Positions 34,901-46,515 of a stretch of DNA of 64,000 nucleotides are shown one piece after another. The notes under the pieces are model-generated. The model did no database searches, had not been told where the DNA came from, and was given only the letters and a program-made list of their open reading frames with translations. Position 1 is the stretch's first letter. Each line of letters opens with the position of its first letter. Origin of the DNA: Macrostomum lignano (lineage: Eukaryota); contig NIVC01003302.1 in NCBI GenBank assembly GCA_002269645.1, forward strand, positions 1 to 64,000. The letters run 5' to 3'. The position numbers and the translations under genes were made by a program.

Positions 34901-37900
34901 GCTCAGCCTGGAGGAGCAGGACCGCCGGCTGAACGCCATCCAGGACGAGCTGCAAGGATTCAAGGTGGGAGAGCCTTAGTGGGCGCTGCTTGGTTGTTCC
35001 AGAATCCCAGATCCCAACTCAGTAATCGCAGAATCTCAGATCCCAACTCAGTTTTCCCAGAATCCCAGATCCCAACTCAGTTATCCAGAATCCCAGATCC
35101 CAAACTCAGTTATCCCAGAATCCCAGATCCCAACTCAGTTATCCCAGAATCCCAGATCCCAACTCAGTTATCCCAGAATCCCAGATCCCAACTCAGTTTT
35201 CCCAGAATCCCAGATCCCAACTCAGTTATCCCAGAATCCCAGATCCCAAACTCAGTTATCCCAGAATCCCAGATCCCAACTCAGTTTTCCCAGAATCCCT
35301 GATCCCAAACTCAGTTATCCCAGAATCCCAGATCCCAACTCAGTTATCCCAGAATCCCAGATCCCAACTCAGTTATCCCAGAATCCCAGATCCCAAACTC
35401 AGTTATCCCAGAATCCCAGATCCCAACTCAGTTTTCCTAGAATCCCAGATCCCAAACTCAGTTATCCCAGAATCCCAGATCCCAACTCAGTTTTCCTAGA
35501 ATCCCAGATCCCAAACTCAGTTATCCCAGAATCCCAGATCCCAACTCAGTTTTCCCAGAATCCCAGATCCCAACTCATTTATCCCAGAATCCCAGAGAAC
35601 AGAGCTGATGCAGCAACCCCCATCCCCGCCACCTGCGCAGAGCAACATCGAAGAGATGGAGCGGGTGAACCAGAGCATCCAGGAGGCCTTCATCTTCGAC
35701 AACCCGCACTCGCCCTACACCATGGAGACCATCCGTGTTGGCTGGGAGCAGCTGCACACCTCCATTGCCAAGGCGCTTAACGAAGTGGCCAATCAGATTC
35801 TCACGAGGTGAGTCATGCACCTGGGTCAAGTCGTCGGCATACTCAACGATTCCTTATAGACGATCATTGTGAGCTCCTGTATGAGCGAGTCCATGTGTGA
35901 TGTCCAGAAGTGAGATTCGAATGGCTACTCGAGCTACCCGTAGACCCGCGCTCGAAGTCCTGTTTGCTGTCAGAGAGCAACTGTTTTTTCATTCGCTTCA
36001 AGATATTCGCTTTACATTCTTTTCTTACTACTCTTCAGTAGGCGGCAGTCAGATTTATCTATAAAAATCTAATTTCACCTATTCAGTTCTCAAAGCCTTT
36101 CAAAGTGTCAAGCGCTTGATTCAGTGTTTAACAGATCTGCCACAAGACAAGAGTGTGCAAGTTTTTTACACTTGCAGCTGTTTCCTTTGTAGCCAGCGTA
36201 GCACAAATGGGGTTTTACCAGAGACAAATATCAGGTACCAGTCGCGAATAGTTGAGGCTGGTGATTAGCGCGGCCTCATCGAGTTGGGGCTCCTTGCTCA
36301 AAACATTGCCTGGGGCTTGTTGTGCGACTCTCGCCCTTGATGGCCAGCCCCCAAGGCACAGAGAGTGTACATGCCGCCCTTGATGGCCAGCCCCCAAGGC
36401 ACAGACAGTGTACATGCCGCCCTTGATGGCCAGCCCCAAGGCACAGAGAGTGTACATGCCGCCCTTGATGGCCAGCCCCCAAGGCACAGAGAGTGTACAT
36501 GCCGCCCTTGATGGCCAGCCCCCAAGGCACAGAGAGTGTACATGCCGCCCTTGATGGCCAGCCCCCAAGGCACAGACAGTGTACATGCCGCCCTTGATGG
36601 CCAGCCCCCAAGGCACAGAGAGTGTACAAGCTTGGCAATAAGATATTCAGGGTCGCTGTACATCCTGTGTGAGCGCGTGCGTTTGCGTGCTTAGGGATCG
36701 GCGAAAAGGGCATGGCTTCCTCGCTGGTTGCAGCCTCCTCCAGTCAGACGAGTACAGCCTAGATGTGAGATGAGATAAGATAAGGAGATGAGATGGGATG
36801 GGAAAACTTTCAAATCAAGGTGACCGACTTTGCAGCGAGATCAGGCCTTGAAATAAATTTGCACAACTTTAACGCAAGCGGTTTCCCCACCGTCGCAGGG
36901 ACTCCAAGGGCATCACCAACGATGAGATGACGGAGTTCCGCAAGTGCTTCAACCACTTCGACAAGAGCAAAACCCGCCGCCTCGACCCCATCGAGTTCAA
37001 GGCCTGCCTGGTGTCCCTCGGCTACAACATCCGCAACGACCGGCAGGGCGAGCAGGACTTCGCGCGCATCATGGCGCTGGTGGACCCAACCGCACCGGCC
37101 AGGTCGGCTTCGACGCCTTCGTGGACTTCATGACCAGCGAGAAGACGGACCAGAACACTGCGGACCAGATCATACAGTCCTTCCGCATCCTGGCTGGCGA
37201 CCTGGTGAGCATTCTTCACCTCAGCTGACTTGCCCCCGACCCAGCTGACCTGACGCTTGACTCAGCTGACCTGACACTTGACCCAGCTGACCTGACACTT
37301 GACCCAGCTGACCTGACACTTGACCCAGCTGACCTGATACTTGACCCAGCTGACCTGACGCTTGACTCAGCTGACCTGACACTTGACCCAGCTGACCTGA
37401 CACTTGACCCAGCTGACCTGCCACTTGACCTAGCTGACCTGACACTTGACCCAGCTGACCTGACACTTGACACAGCTGACCTGATACTTGACCCAGCTGA
37501 CCTGACGCTTGACTCAGCTGACCTGACACTTGACCCAGCTGACCTGACACTTGACCCAGCTGACCTGCCACTTGACCTAGCTGACCTGACACTTGACCCA
37601 GCTGACCTGACACTTGACCTAGCTGCCCTGACACTTGACCCAACTTACCTGACACTTGACCCAGCTGATCTGACACTTGACCCAGCTGACCTGACACTTG
37701 ACCTAGCTGACATAACCCAGCTGACCTGACAAACGACCCAGCTGACCTCATACCTGACCCATTGCATTGCCCCAGCTGACTTGATACCTGAGCCCTGACC
37801 TAAGCAGATCTGATCCCAGCTCATTCGATACCGACCTCAATTGGCTTGACCCCAAATGACCTCCAGCGGTTTTGAAGCTGACCCAGCTGACCCAAAACTA

Positions 37901-38108
37901 GCTGCAGTGAATTCTTTAAGACTGATCCTGCTCTCAATCCCCCCAACTAGCCATACGTGACCTCGGAGGTGCTTCGCGCGAGCTGCCGCCGGATCAGGCG
38001 GAGTACTGCATCCAGCGCATGTCGCCCTACGGCGGGCCGGACGCTCCGCCGGGCGCGCTGGACTACACGACCTTCTCAGCCACGCTGTACGGCGAGACCG
38101 ACCTGTGA
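25932..38108 (+). CDS. ACTN: Alpha-actinin (CH1-CH2, 4 spectrin repeats, EF hands); four apparent 1-bp losses
   Basis: Exons 25932-26078, 27093-27327, 28251-28337, 28406-28493, [28614-28692 OR 30017-30095], 30275-30356, 30705-31200, 31972-32277, 32614-32932, 34712-34964, 35641-35807, 36899-37204, 37951-38108. Motifs LLDPAWE-like [60 protein letters not shown]...LYGETDL*. Restoring one C at ~34753, ~34785, ~37087 and ~37977 makes the whole frame continuous. Confidence 0.96.
27365..28180. repeat. ~23-mer minisatellite TCTGGCGCCTCTAGATACGAGTG in actinin intron 2
   Basis: Tandem, partly higher-order units visible. Confidence 0.92.
28614..28692 (+). other. ACTN: Alpha-actinin alternative exon 5a ([27 protein letters not shown])
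   Basis: 79 nt, CAG acceptor, GTCAGT donor, phase 2 in / phase 0 out. Confidence 0.88.
28843..29905. repeat. 22-mer minisatellite GTCTGTAGATAGGGATTACAGT between actinin exons 5a and 5b
   Basis: Tandem units with higher-order blocks visible. Confidence 0.95.
30017..30095 (+). other. ACTN: Alpha-actinin alternative exon 5b ([27 protein letters not shown])
   Basis: 79 nt, TTGCAG acceptor, GTGAGT donor, same length and phases as 5a. Confidence 0.88.
30433..30694. repeat. 19-mer minisatellite CTGTACACTGGCATCACAC in actinin intron 6
   Basis: Tandem units visible. Confidence 0.95.
31192..31920. repeat. ~29-mer minisatellite GTGAGATTGGGGTGGCGGGTGTTGCACAG built from the actinin exon 7 donor junction
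   Basis: About 25 units, most containing CACAG/GTGAGA, identical to the true junction at 31200/31201. Confidence 0.95.
32297..32582. repeat. 18-mer minisatellite GCAGCGGAGGTCAGGAGG in actinin intron 8
   Basis: Tandem units visible. Confidence 0.93.
32950..33097. repeat. 33-mer GGGTCATGC-based repeat at the start of actinin intron 9
   Basis: Tandem units visible. Confidence 0.9.
34428..34648. repeat. ~20-mer ATCCCAGTCCCAAAACTAAT repeat at the end of actinin intron 9
   Basis: Tandem units visible. Confidence 0.9.
35000..35595. repeat. 29-30-mer CCCAGAATCCCAGATCCCAACTCAGTTAT in actinin intron 10
   Basis: Tandem units visible. Confidence 0.95.
36335..36627. repeat. 43-mer x~7 in actinin intron 11
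   Basis: TTGATGGCCAGCCCCCAAGGCACAGAGAGTGTACATGCCGCCC units visible. Confidence 0.95.
37222..37760. repeat. 21-mer ACCCAGCTGACCTGACACTTG in actinin intron 12
   Basis: Tandem units visible. Confidence 0.95.
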
Positions 38109-39852
38109 GGGCCTCCAGCTGGACCGCCGCGCTGCTGCTTACTTTGAGTTCGGGCCGCTGCTGCCCTCCTTTCCGCCACTTCTGTCCGCCTCCGCCTCTG
38201 CCCCCCCCTTCGTCATTCGTTTCATTTTCCGCTAATTTTTCTTTCAGTTTTTCTATCCCAGCGGTTGGTTGCTGTGCGAGTTTCTTTTATTTGCTAAAAA
38301 ACTTGAGGAACATTTTGTTTTACTGAGCCGAGCCTTTTCGAATCGGCCCTCGAATACACGGAACTGTCTGCGCGGGCCGCAACCTTTTTCTCACTACTCT
38401 CAGTCCCAATGCCCGATTGCCCCATTGTTCCCGCACTGTTTTATCTGCTTGTATTTTTATTGATTTTTCATTGACTCCGCCGGCCCCCGCCTTCTGGCCG
38501 CTCAGCTGGAATCGAATTTCGACCAACTCGCAACGATGGGCTCACGTCCTGCTGCAGTATCAGTTTTAACCTGCTGTGTATTTTATTTCACATCCTCGTG
38601 ATAATTCTACTCACAGCATCGCACCTCTACTACTGCTATTACTGAGTAGTATTCGTCTGCTTTTTTGTTCGTTTTATTGCACAAATCAAAATTATTTCGA
38701 ATTTTAACAATTTGGGCCCTTGGCAGTTCCCGAGAGCGGATTTTCTGTTGATGTCTTGATCAAAATTTAAACGGGGACACTCGGGCTCTCTAGTCATCGA
38801 AGCACCTCTTGCAACACTGCGATTTTTCATCAAATCATTTCTGTTTTTTATATTTAACTAGAAGCAAACCTGCAACAGGGACCAGAAAATTGTTTTCATC
38901 GTGGCTTTTGCTTTCTTGGAAATTTATCGTTAAGTCGGCCTTTATTGACTGTTCGTTCTCGGAATTCTCTTAACACTAAAGTATTTCATTTAATCGTACT
39001 GCAAGTAGTATGAGGTGAACAAAAATAATATTAAGAACCAATCAATATTCTTCTTTAAGTTTCGCATTTTACCAAAAATATGAAATGTGCCTCATACTAC
39101 TGCCGGCGCGCGATGTCAGTAGATTAGCACTAAACTGCTGCTATTTGTTCTGGTTATACTACTGCTGGCTAAGTAGTTAGGCTTGTTGCCTGTTGTATAG
39201 AGCAGTATTGAGACCCGAGTTGCTGAGTTGCTGAGTAGCCCCCCACCCTGCACCTTGTTTGGCTTTATTGCTGCTCCAAATTAATTGCGATGAGTTTTAT
39301 TAATGTTTTTCGTTTTTTTACCGGGTTGACCTGCCCGCCTCCCGCCATTTTTCTTCCTCTGTTATTCATTTTTGCTTGCAATCTTTTTTTGAACTGAATC
39401 TGCCCAATCCGGTTTAGCGGTGTCCTTGTTTGTGCTTACCGATCCCGCTGCCTCCCTGCTTTTTGCTTATAGCCCTAAATTTTCTGTTTTGCCGGCGTCT
39501 TACTTGCCGCATCTTGGGACAACTGGGGATCCAACTCCATTCATTAGCCGTAATTAGTCCCACCTTTCCTGTAGATCCCACTCATATTTATCAGCTATCA
39601 ACTAGCTGCTTTGTTATGCTGATTTTCTTTCGAAGCCACCGCGTGTTGCTCCTTTTCTTCTTCCCGTTAGAATTGCTGCTTGATTTGTATTTTTCTATCC
39701 GCCCCTGTCCGGTTAGCAAAGTTCTCGCCCTCAGCCAGCACAACACGGCTCTGCGAGTGCACCTGCAGTATTTTCTATTTAAAAATTGTTCCTTTCTTCT
39801 TTTTAATCTAACAGCGACCAACCAATCGTCTAACACTCGCTTTTTATTGACT

Positions 39853-39866
39853 AATAAATCAATAAA
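39853..39866 (+). terminator. Candidate alpha-actinin polyadenylation signals (two AATAAA)
   Basis: AATAAA at 39853 and 39861 after ~1.7 kb of T-rich 3'UTR-like sequence; position alone supports the call. Confidence 0.35.
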
Positions 39867-41635
39867 AAAATATTGAAAACCGTGAAAATGTTTACATTCG
39901 CCTTTTCTTCCGTTAAAAAAACTTGGAAGCCTAAAATGTAAAGCCCTATCAAATGACGCCTTATTGCTAAGGAAATCAGCATACATCCGTCCCGAGACCC
40001 GATAAAGCTTACAGTTGGTTAAAATGTGACGCGCTAGAGTGCAAGCTGAAAATCTGCCTACTATATATACAACATGTACATGTATACTAGTGTATATTTT
40101 TATATTATTATTACATGCATTAATCCACCGTCGCAGTAGAAGGAAAAGAAATAGACTCATAAAATGGCACCACAGCCACGAATGTATAATTACCATATAC
40201 AGGGTGAATTCACATTAAAAATTTTGCTTAGTCACGGCTAGCTCAACGGCTAATTCATTTTCGGGTCTTCCGTACCGGGCCTTAGTCCTTATATACGAGA
40301 TAGAACTTGGCGACTTAAATTTAATTGCTTTGAATATTGCTTTTAATCAATTAATTCATTTAAGTGTATTTCCAGCTAAAGGAAAAAGCCAGCGTTATCT
40401 AATCTAATTGTGCTATTTTAAGAATTTTTGTAATTCCCGAAGTTTCAATATTTTCATTAGGTCATGTGACTTTGGCCTATTTTACCGTTTATAACAAGCG
40501 GATACGATAAATATTAAATAATGGAGACAAGACCAGTTATAGTTATGTAAGATTACATAAAAATATCTTATAATTTTTCAATGAAAAAATACATTAAAGT
40601 CAATGAAGGTGCAGGTGGTAAATCTATAAATAAACATGGCCTTGAGAACATCCCGATGTTGCGAAGTAACGAAGGCTACGGAGTTTTCCTACTGAACTGG
40701 TTTTAACTAGACATTTGTGATTTGACCATTACTAATATAGGGCTCCGAAGTTGAGCGTTAGCAACATTATCCCAATCAATATGCTTAATAAAACCCAAAA
40801 CAAAATGTCCCTAATTACAAATCTACAAATATAACAATAAGTCTATCAAGATAATTGAGTTAGGCCTAGTAAGACGAAAGTAAATAAAAAATATTTGGTC
40901 ACAACCTATGCTGTATGATGCACTAGTACATTGCACTTGTAGCTAGGCCTAGCCTGTTCCTGCTTAGACTTGCTTATTTGAATGTTACATTGATGCAACT
41001 ATTCATGTTAGATTACATTAGGCTATTAAGCCTATCATTACCACTACCAGGAATGATGTTTTTTAGGTTTAACTCTAAGTCATAGTGGGCCTTTTGTTAT
41101 GGTATGACTGATTGAGTTATTGTCTTGTTTATTTTACTTATTATTTATTAAAAATTAAAATGGTAGGCTTGGCCCTAGTAAGAATGCCAGACTCAATTGA
41201 AAAGTTGGGATTTGATTCTTAACCCATTTATAACAAGTTGTAGAGTAGGCCCTTATCCTTGAATAACATTTTAACTCTTTTATTGTTTTATTTCACCTAG
41301 CTATAAAAAGGACTGAGTTTAGCTAAGAATATAGAAAATATATAGAAAACCCCCAATGCCTTACTCCTTAGTCTTAGACTAAATAACCATAATTTTCAAA
41401 TAGTAGGCTAATAGCCTATACTATATAATATGTTTGATTTATAACCTTAATAATTAATATCTTTTGTCACTTGTCAAAGAACATTTATTGAATTGAAAGT
41501 ATTGACTAAAGATACCTTGGATACCTTTATAGAAATCACAAATGAAATGCATTAGAAAAAAAAACTAGGAATACATAATGCAAGTAGGCCTACCTAAAAT
41601 AACCAGGCCTAATAAAAAAAAATGTCACATTGAAA

Positions 41636-41700
41636 TCCTATATACTAAAAATGAGTTGTCTGTATATCTATATACTAATTTTGTGCTATTTGTCTGCTGT
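41636..41700 (+). mobile_element. Helitron 5'-end fragments (two tandem 5' motifs)
   Basis: A|TCCTATATACTAAAAATGAGTTGTCTGT is identical to the 5' end of the copy at 62770 and is followed by TCTATATACTAATTTTG, which resembles the 5' end at 43161. Confidence 0.6.
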
Positions 41701-42513
41701 CTATATATAGGCCTATGTCTATTATTGATTTTTTCAAGAATTGTAGGCCTATGGCCATTTTTGAATTAACTTTAAATTCTTAATTTTAAAAAAATTATTC
41801 ATAACTTTTTTTGATAAAAAATTAAATGGGAAATAGGTCAAATATTTGAAAAACATTTTTTATTGACTCTTTGTATAGGGGCTCACAATTTGTAAGGTTG
41901 GTTGAATTTTATTGTTATTTACCAACTAGTCTAATAGTACATTAGTTGTAGCTAGGCCTAAGCTATTGTTGTTTTGTTTGTATATCTAGCTATTAAGGCT
42001 ATTGTGCATTAATTGATTTCTTAAAAACCATTAAAAATATAAATTATATATTAGAATTAAAAACTATTATGATTGCAATTTTATTTAAACTAGAAATATT
42101 ATTTTAACTTTTAATTTGAAGACTTATAAGTTGATCTAAAAATTTGAAAAGATGAGCTAAGATAACAAAATTATAAATATAATAGATCAAAATTTTAAAA
42201 CAGATAAATTATATAACAATAATTTTTGGCTTTAGCTAAGATTGCCATGGTTTGTGGTCTATTTGTCTCTTAGATCTATATAAAAATGAGTCCAAAAGGG
42301 TTATATAGTTACTTTAGCAAAAATAGTTTGTTAATTTATTAGTTAATTGTTGAACCACTTAATCCACACTATTTATTAGTTTTTAAATTGTTATTTAAGG
42401 CAAAAATGAAATTTAAAAAATTAAAAATATGCAAATTTATATTCTTATAAATGATTATATTTTTTAACTAAGAGAGACCATCCAACTTCTATTGCCTTTT
42501 AAATTTATAAATC

Positions 42514-42777
42514 TATACTCAATAACATTGAAAAGTTGCCATCTGTGGTCGCCACTTTTGAGAGAGCAAATAGAATCTCTCAATCTTTGCAAGTGACATA
42601 ACTTTGCGACACTTTAGCAGACTTGAGTTGAGGAATTTAGTAGAAAGAGCAGTATACAAGGGCTAGATATATTTAAGCTATCCTGATCACTTTTATCATA
42701 TCTTTTATTTCAGAATAGTCCAAGAAAAATTGCTCACTAGCATATAGAATGGCAACTTTTCAATGTTGCTAAGTATA
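42514..42777. mobile_element. MITE with ~29-bp imperfect TIRs
   Basis: AACATTGAAAAGTTGCCAT (42524-42542) is the exact reverse complement of 42749-42767; the match extends imperfectly to TATACT...AGTATA. Confidence 0.7.
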
Positions 42778-43308
42778 ATTTCCTATTCTTTAAATTGTAT
42801 AAAGTATAAAGGAATATTATTGCCTTGGCCCATAGTATATTACTAAAGAAAAAGGAAAGAAAACCTATTTCCTTCTATAGCATCTATAGTATGGTAGAGT
42901 TTAGTTCAATCAGCATATAGTTTTATTTTTCAATTATATATTTATTTGTTTTTTTAACTTTGACTAATTTCAATTAACAATTCTGATAACCCTAAAAAAT
43001 TGAATTATCAAAAAGAGATAAGTTATGCTAAGATAATAAAAATCTAGGTATAAAGAAGTCACTTTCAATTCTTAATTTTTTTATTTTACAAAAAATATGC
43101 TTTATTAAACTTTTACTTGCTATTTTAGCAATCTTTATAAATAGCTATACCTTTATCTAATCTCTATATACTAATTTTGCGCTGTATTCGTGCGTGCATG
43201 TGTGTGTGCGTGCGTGTAATTGATTTTTTCGAGAATGGCTCAACCGATTCTCTTCAAACTTGCACCATTTGATCAGAAATTTTCCTGGGATGGTGCATGC
43301 TTCTTGGC

Positions 43309-43585
43309 CTGATTGCAGCGCATGGGCATTTTGGCGGACGGCGTCCGGCGCGGATCTAATATGGCGCGGCGTGGCGCATACGGCGCGCGGCGATTAGTAC
43401 AGCGCAACGCAGTACTAATTAGATGCCGAGGCATTTAGGCTTGATAAGACAGTCATAGTTACTCCCGCCGTTTACCCAAAACTGCGTTAATTTTGGTTTA
43501 GGGTTTCTTTCACAGGTAAGTCATTTCACAGCGTGGCGCAGGTTGTGTAGGCGTCTGGCGTACTTAAGCCATGCGCTGCAATAGG
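43309..43585. mobile_element. 277-bp MITE nested in the Helitron, 9-10 bp TSD (Mutator-like by TSD length)
   Basis: Flanked by direct repeat GCTTCTTGGC (43299-43308 and 43586-43595); TIRs CTGATTGCAGCGCATGG / CCATGCGCTGCAATAGG. The other Helitron copy has a single empty site (ATCTTGGCTAAG). Confidence 0.85.
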
Positions 43586-43930
43586 GCTTCTTGGCTAAGA
43601 AATTGATCAATATTAAAGGGATTAAATATTTGAAAAACATGATTTTCTGCAAAGGTCAAGCAGCTCTTTTGACCTGAAATGCATTATAAGAATGCTAGAG
43701 AAAAACCTGACTGACTGAATTTCAATTCTGATAAAGATTGCATCACAGCAAGTTGAAAACAGTGCCAAAGAAATGCACACACGACTTGATTTAAATTGCG
43801 TAACCATATTGCTAACTTAAATTGAGACTGATACTGGCTGACTGAGAAATTGATTATGTCATAACTTTTTACTCTAACCGATTTGCTATAAGAATTGAAT
43901 TATAAGGGCCACAATTCATGTTCTCCAATC

Positions 43931-44002
43931 GACAAGAGATAGCCTAGATGCAAATAGACTAGACTGCTAATTCAGCAACCTGGGTTCGAATCTTAGTAGT
44001 GC
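43931..44002 (+). pseudogene. tRNA-derived (Ser-GCT-like) segment / SINE head inside the Helitron
   Basis: A-box-like TAGCCTAGATGC, anticodon-arm-like GACTGCTAAT, T-arm CTGGG-TTCGAAT-CTTAG with B box, and a T-run downstream. The acceptor stem does not pair, so this is not a functional tRNA. Confidence 0.6.
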
Positions 44003-45643
44003 AAAATAATTTTTTTATTAAAACATCTTAAAAACAAAATGCTAAACATAAAAGAAGCACAATTTCAAACAAAAGTGGCACCATTTCAAACATTAAAGGC
44101 CACCATGTCAAACATATATGTGACTCCATGTCTAATATTAAAGAGCCACCATGTCAAACATTGAAGAGCCACCATGTCAAACATTAAAGAGCCACCATGT
44201 CGAACATTAAAGAGCCACCATATCGAACATTAAAGAGCCACCATGTCGAACATTAAAGAGCCACCATGTCCAACATTAAAGAGCCACCATGTCGAACAGT
44301 AAAGAGCCACTATGTTGAACATTAAAGAGCCACCATGTCAAACATTAAAGAGCCCCCATGTTGAACATTAAAGAGCCACTATGTCAAACATCAACGAGTC
44401 ACCATGTCAAGCGTATATATGACTCCATTTCAGACATTAAAGTGCCACCATGTCAAACATTAAAGAGCCACCATGTCAAGCGTATAAGTGACTCCATGTC
44501 AGACATTTAAGAGCCATCATTGCAAACATTAAAGTGCCACCAGGTCAAACATTAAAAAGCCACCATGTAAAACATAAAAGAGCCACCATGTCAAACATTA
44601 AAGAGCCACCATGTTGAACATAAAAGAGCCACCATGTCGAACATTAAAGAGCCATCATTATAGACATTAAAGTGCCACCAGGTCAAACATTAAAAAGCCA
44701 CCATGTAAAACATAAAAGAGCCACCATGTCGAACATTAAAGAGCCATCATTACAGACATTAAGGTGCCACCAGGTCAAACATTAAAGAGCCACCATGTCA
44801 AACACAAAACAGCTACCATGTCAAACATAAATGGGGTGCCTACTATCTTGGAGTGCTTGCTATCTGGAGATGCGTGCTATCTGGGGGTGCTTACTATCTG
44901 GGGGTGCTTGCTATCTAAGGGTGCTTGCTATCTAAGGGTGCTTGCTATTAGCTGGATGCTTGCTATCTTGGGGTGCTTGCTATTAGGTGGATGCTTGCTA
45001 TCTGGAGATGCTTGCTATCTGGGGGTGCTTGATATCTTGTGATGCTTGCTATCTAAGGGTGCTTGCTATTAGATGGATGCTTGCTATCTGGGGGTGCTTG
45101 CTTTCTAAGGGTGCTTGCTATTAGGTGGATGCTTGCTATCTGGGGTGCGTGCTATCTTGGAGTGCTTGCTATCTGGGGGTGCTTGCTATCTGGGGGTGCT
45201 TGCTATCTGGGGATGCTTGCTATCTTGGGGTGCTTGCTATTAGGTGGATGCTTGCTATCTGGGGTGCCTGCTATCTGGGGGTGCTTGCTATCTGGAGATG
45301 CTTGCTATCTGGGGGTGCTTGCTATCTGGGGGGTTGCTTGCTGTCCTGGGATGATTTCTTTTTGCATTGCCCTTCATTTGAGCAGTTTTTCTATTGTCTA
45401 TGTGAAGGCTTTAGTGGGCCGTCTTTTTGATACTTGTAGAGAGCCAGAGATTCTATCTAGATGCCCCCATCGGGGGCGAAGATTGCTAGTAGTTTTACTA
45501 TAAAAAGTCTTTCTATATCTATATTCATAGTCATTTAAGTTTTTTATAGCCTATCTATTAGGTATATTAATATTCATAGCTAACTAAACTAAAAATGAGT
45601 TGTCTATCTGTGAATGATAATGATAATAATGATAAAATATATA

Positions 45644-45948
45644 CTTTATTTTATCATTATATCATAGTGAATGATAGAACTATTGCCATTGAATGAAAAT
45701 TATTAAAAGTTATAAGAAGGTATATGAAATTAGTTAACTTTTTTGCTAAAATCAATTGCACATGTACATATATATGTGTATCAATATGTCAATATGTCAA
45801 TGTGATATCAATATCAATATATATGTATGTGTGCAATTGATTTTAGCAAAAAAGTTAACTAATTTCATATACCTTCTTATAACTTTCAATAATGTTCATT
45901 CAATGGCAATAGTTCAATCATTCACTATGATGTAATGATAAAATAAAG
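45644..45948. mobile_element. Foldback / long inverted repeat (~125-bp arms, ~60-bp spacer)
   Basis: CTTTATTTTATCATT...ATCAATTGCACA is mirrored by TGTGCAATTGAT...AATGATAAAATAAAG with few mismatches. Confidence 0.8.
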
Positions 45949-46515
45949 AGTGACAACAATAGTTTAGCCTCATTAGGTCTCATTTATTATATAAAAATAA
46001 TGGCTAGGATTGCATTAGTCTTAACTTTAGCCCCCACTATCCCAACCATACAATGTGCATATAGTCTGAAAAACTGCTTCTTATAATTCCTTGGTCCTGG
46101 GGACTTAAGAACTTACTTAGGACCCTTTGCATTGTAAGTGAAAATATTATTTCCCTAATTTTCGCCTTATCCCATCTATACAATGTGCACATGGAGTAAT
46201 TTTTTTGCTTAGTCTCCAACCCTAGAAACTTAAGAACTCTCTCACAAAAGCTATGACAGTGGCAGCATTCATTCATTTCTCCTATTCTGTCTCCTCCCAC
46301 CTATTAAATTAAGGGCTCCAATGGTGCATTGGCTCCAATATTACTAGGAAATATGCATTCCTGTAATAACCATATCTATATACATATATATAGTCCAAAA
46401 AATTCTGCATACATAACTTAGTCATAGAAATGCTAAACTTGCTCTGGCACTGCCATGGTTGCTAATCTATAATACAGGAATAATCTGACACTGCTGTGAA
46501 TGCGCACACCTGCAA

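Larger units (their letters stand above)
43161..45489 (+). mobile_element. Non-autonomous Helitron carrying 23-mer and 18-mer minisatellites
   Basis: 5' A|TC start followed by TCTATATACTAAT, a GT-rich microsatellite and AATGGCTCAACCGATT...CAAACTTGCAC. 3' hairpin GCCCCC-ATC-GGGGGC lies 8 nt before CTAG|T. The body matches 58629-62770 in reverse complement. Arrays: AAACATTAAAGAGCCACCATGTC (~44050-44830) and GGGGGTGCTTGCTATCT(G) (~44835-45345). Confidence 0.85.

Noticed and set aside
25932-38108. Alpha-actinin (and synaptotagmin) as pseudogenes or programmed-frameshift genes
   Set aside because: All breaks are single-base losses at C/G runs with otherwise strong conservation and intact splice sites, with no slippery heptamer or stimulatory structure. 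Sequencing error is more parsimonious until reads are checked.
39430-40196. ORFs 39430-39876 (+) and 39591-40196 (-)
   Set aside because: AT-rich, no recognisable motifs, codon usage unlike real genes here, and they overlap the likely actinin 3'UTR.
40160-43160. AT-rich 3-kb block as hidden genes or an organellar insertion
   Set aside because: No ORFs or RNA-gene motifs; it contains Helitron end fragments and a MITE, consistent with decayed TE debris.
43931-44002. Functional tRNA-Ser gene
   Set aside because: The acceptor stem does not pair, the long variable arm is absent, and it is part of a repeated Helitron body. It is kept only as a tRNA-derived fragment.
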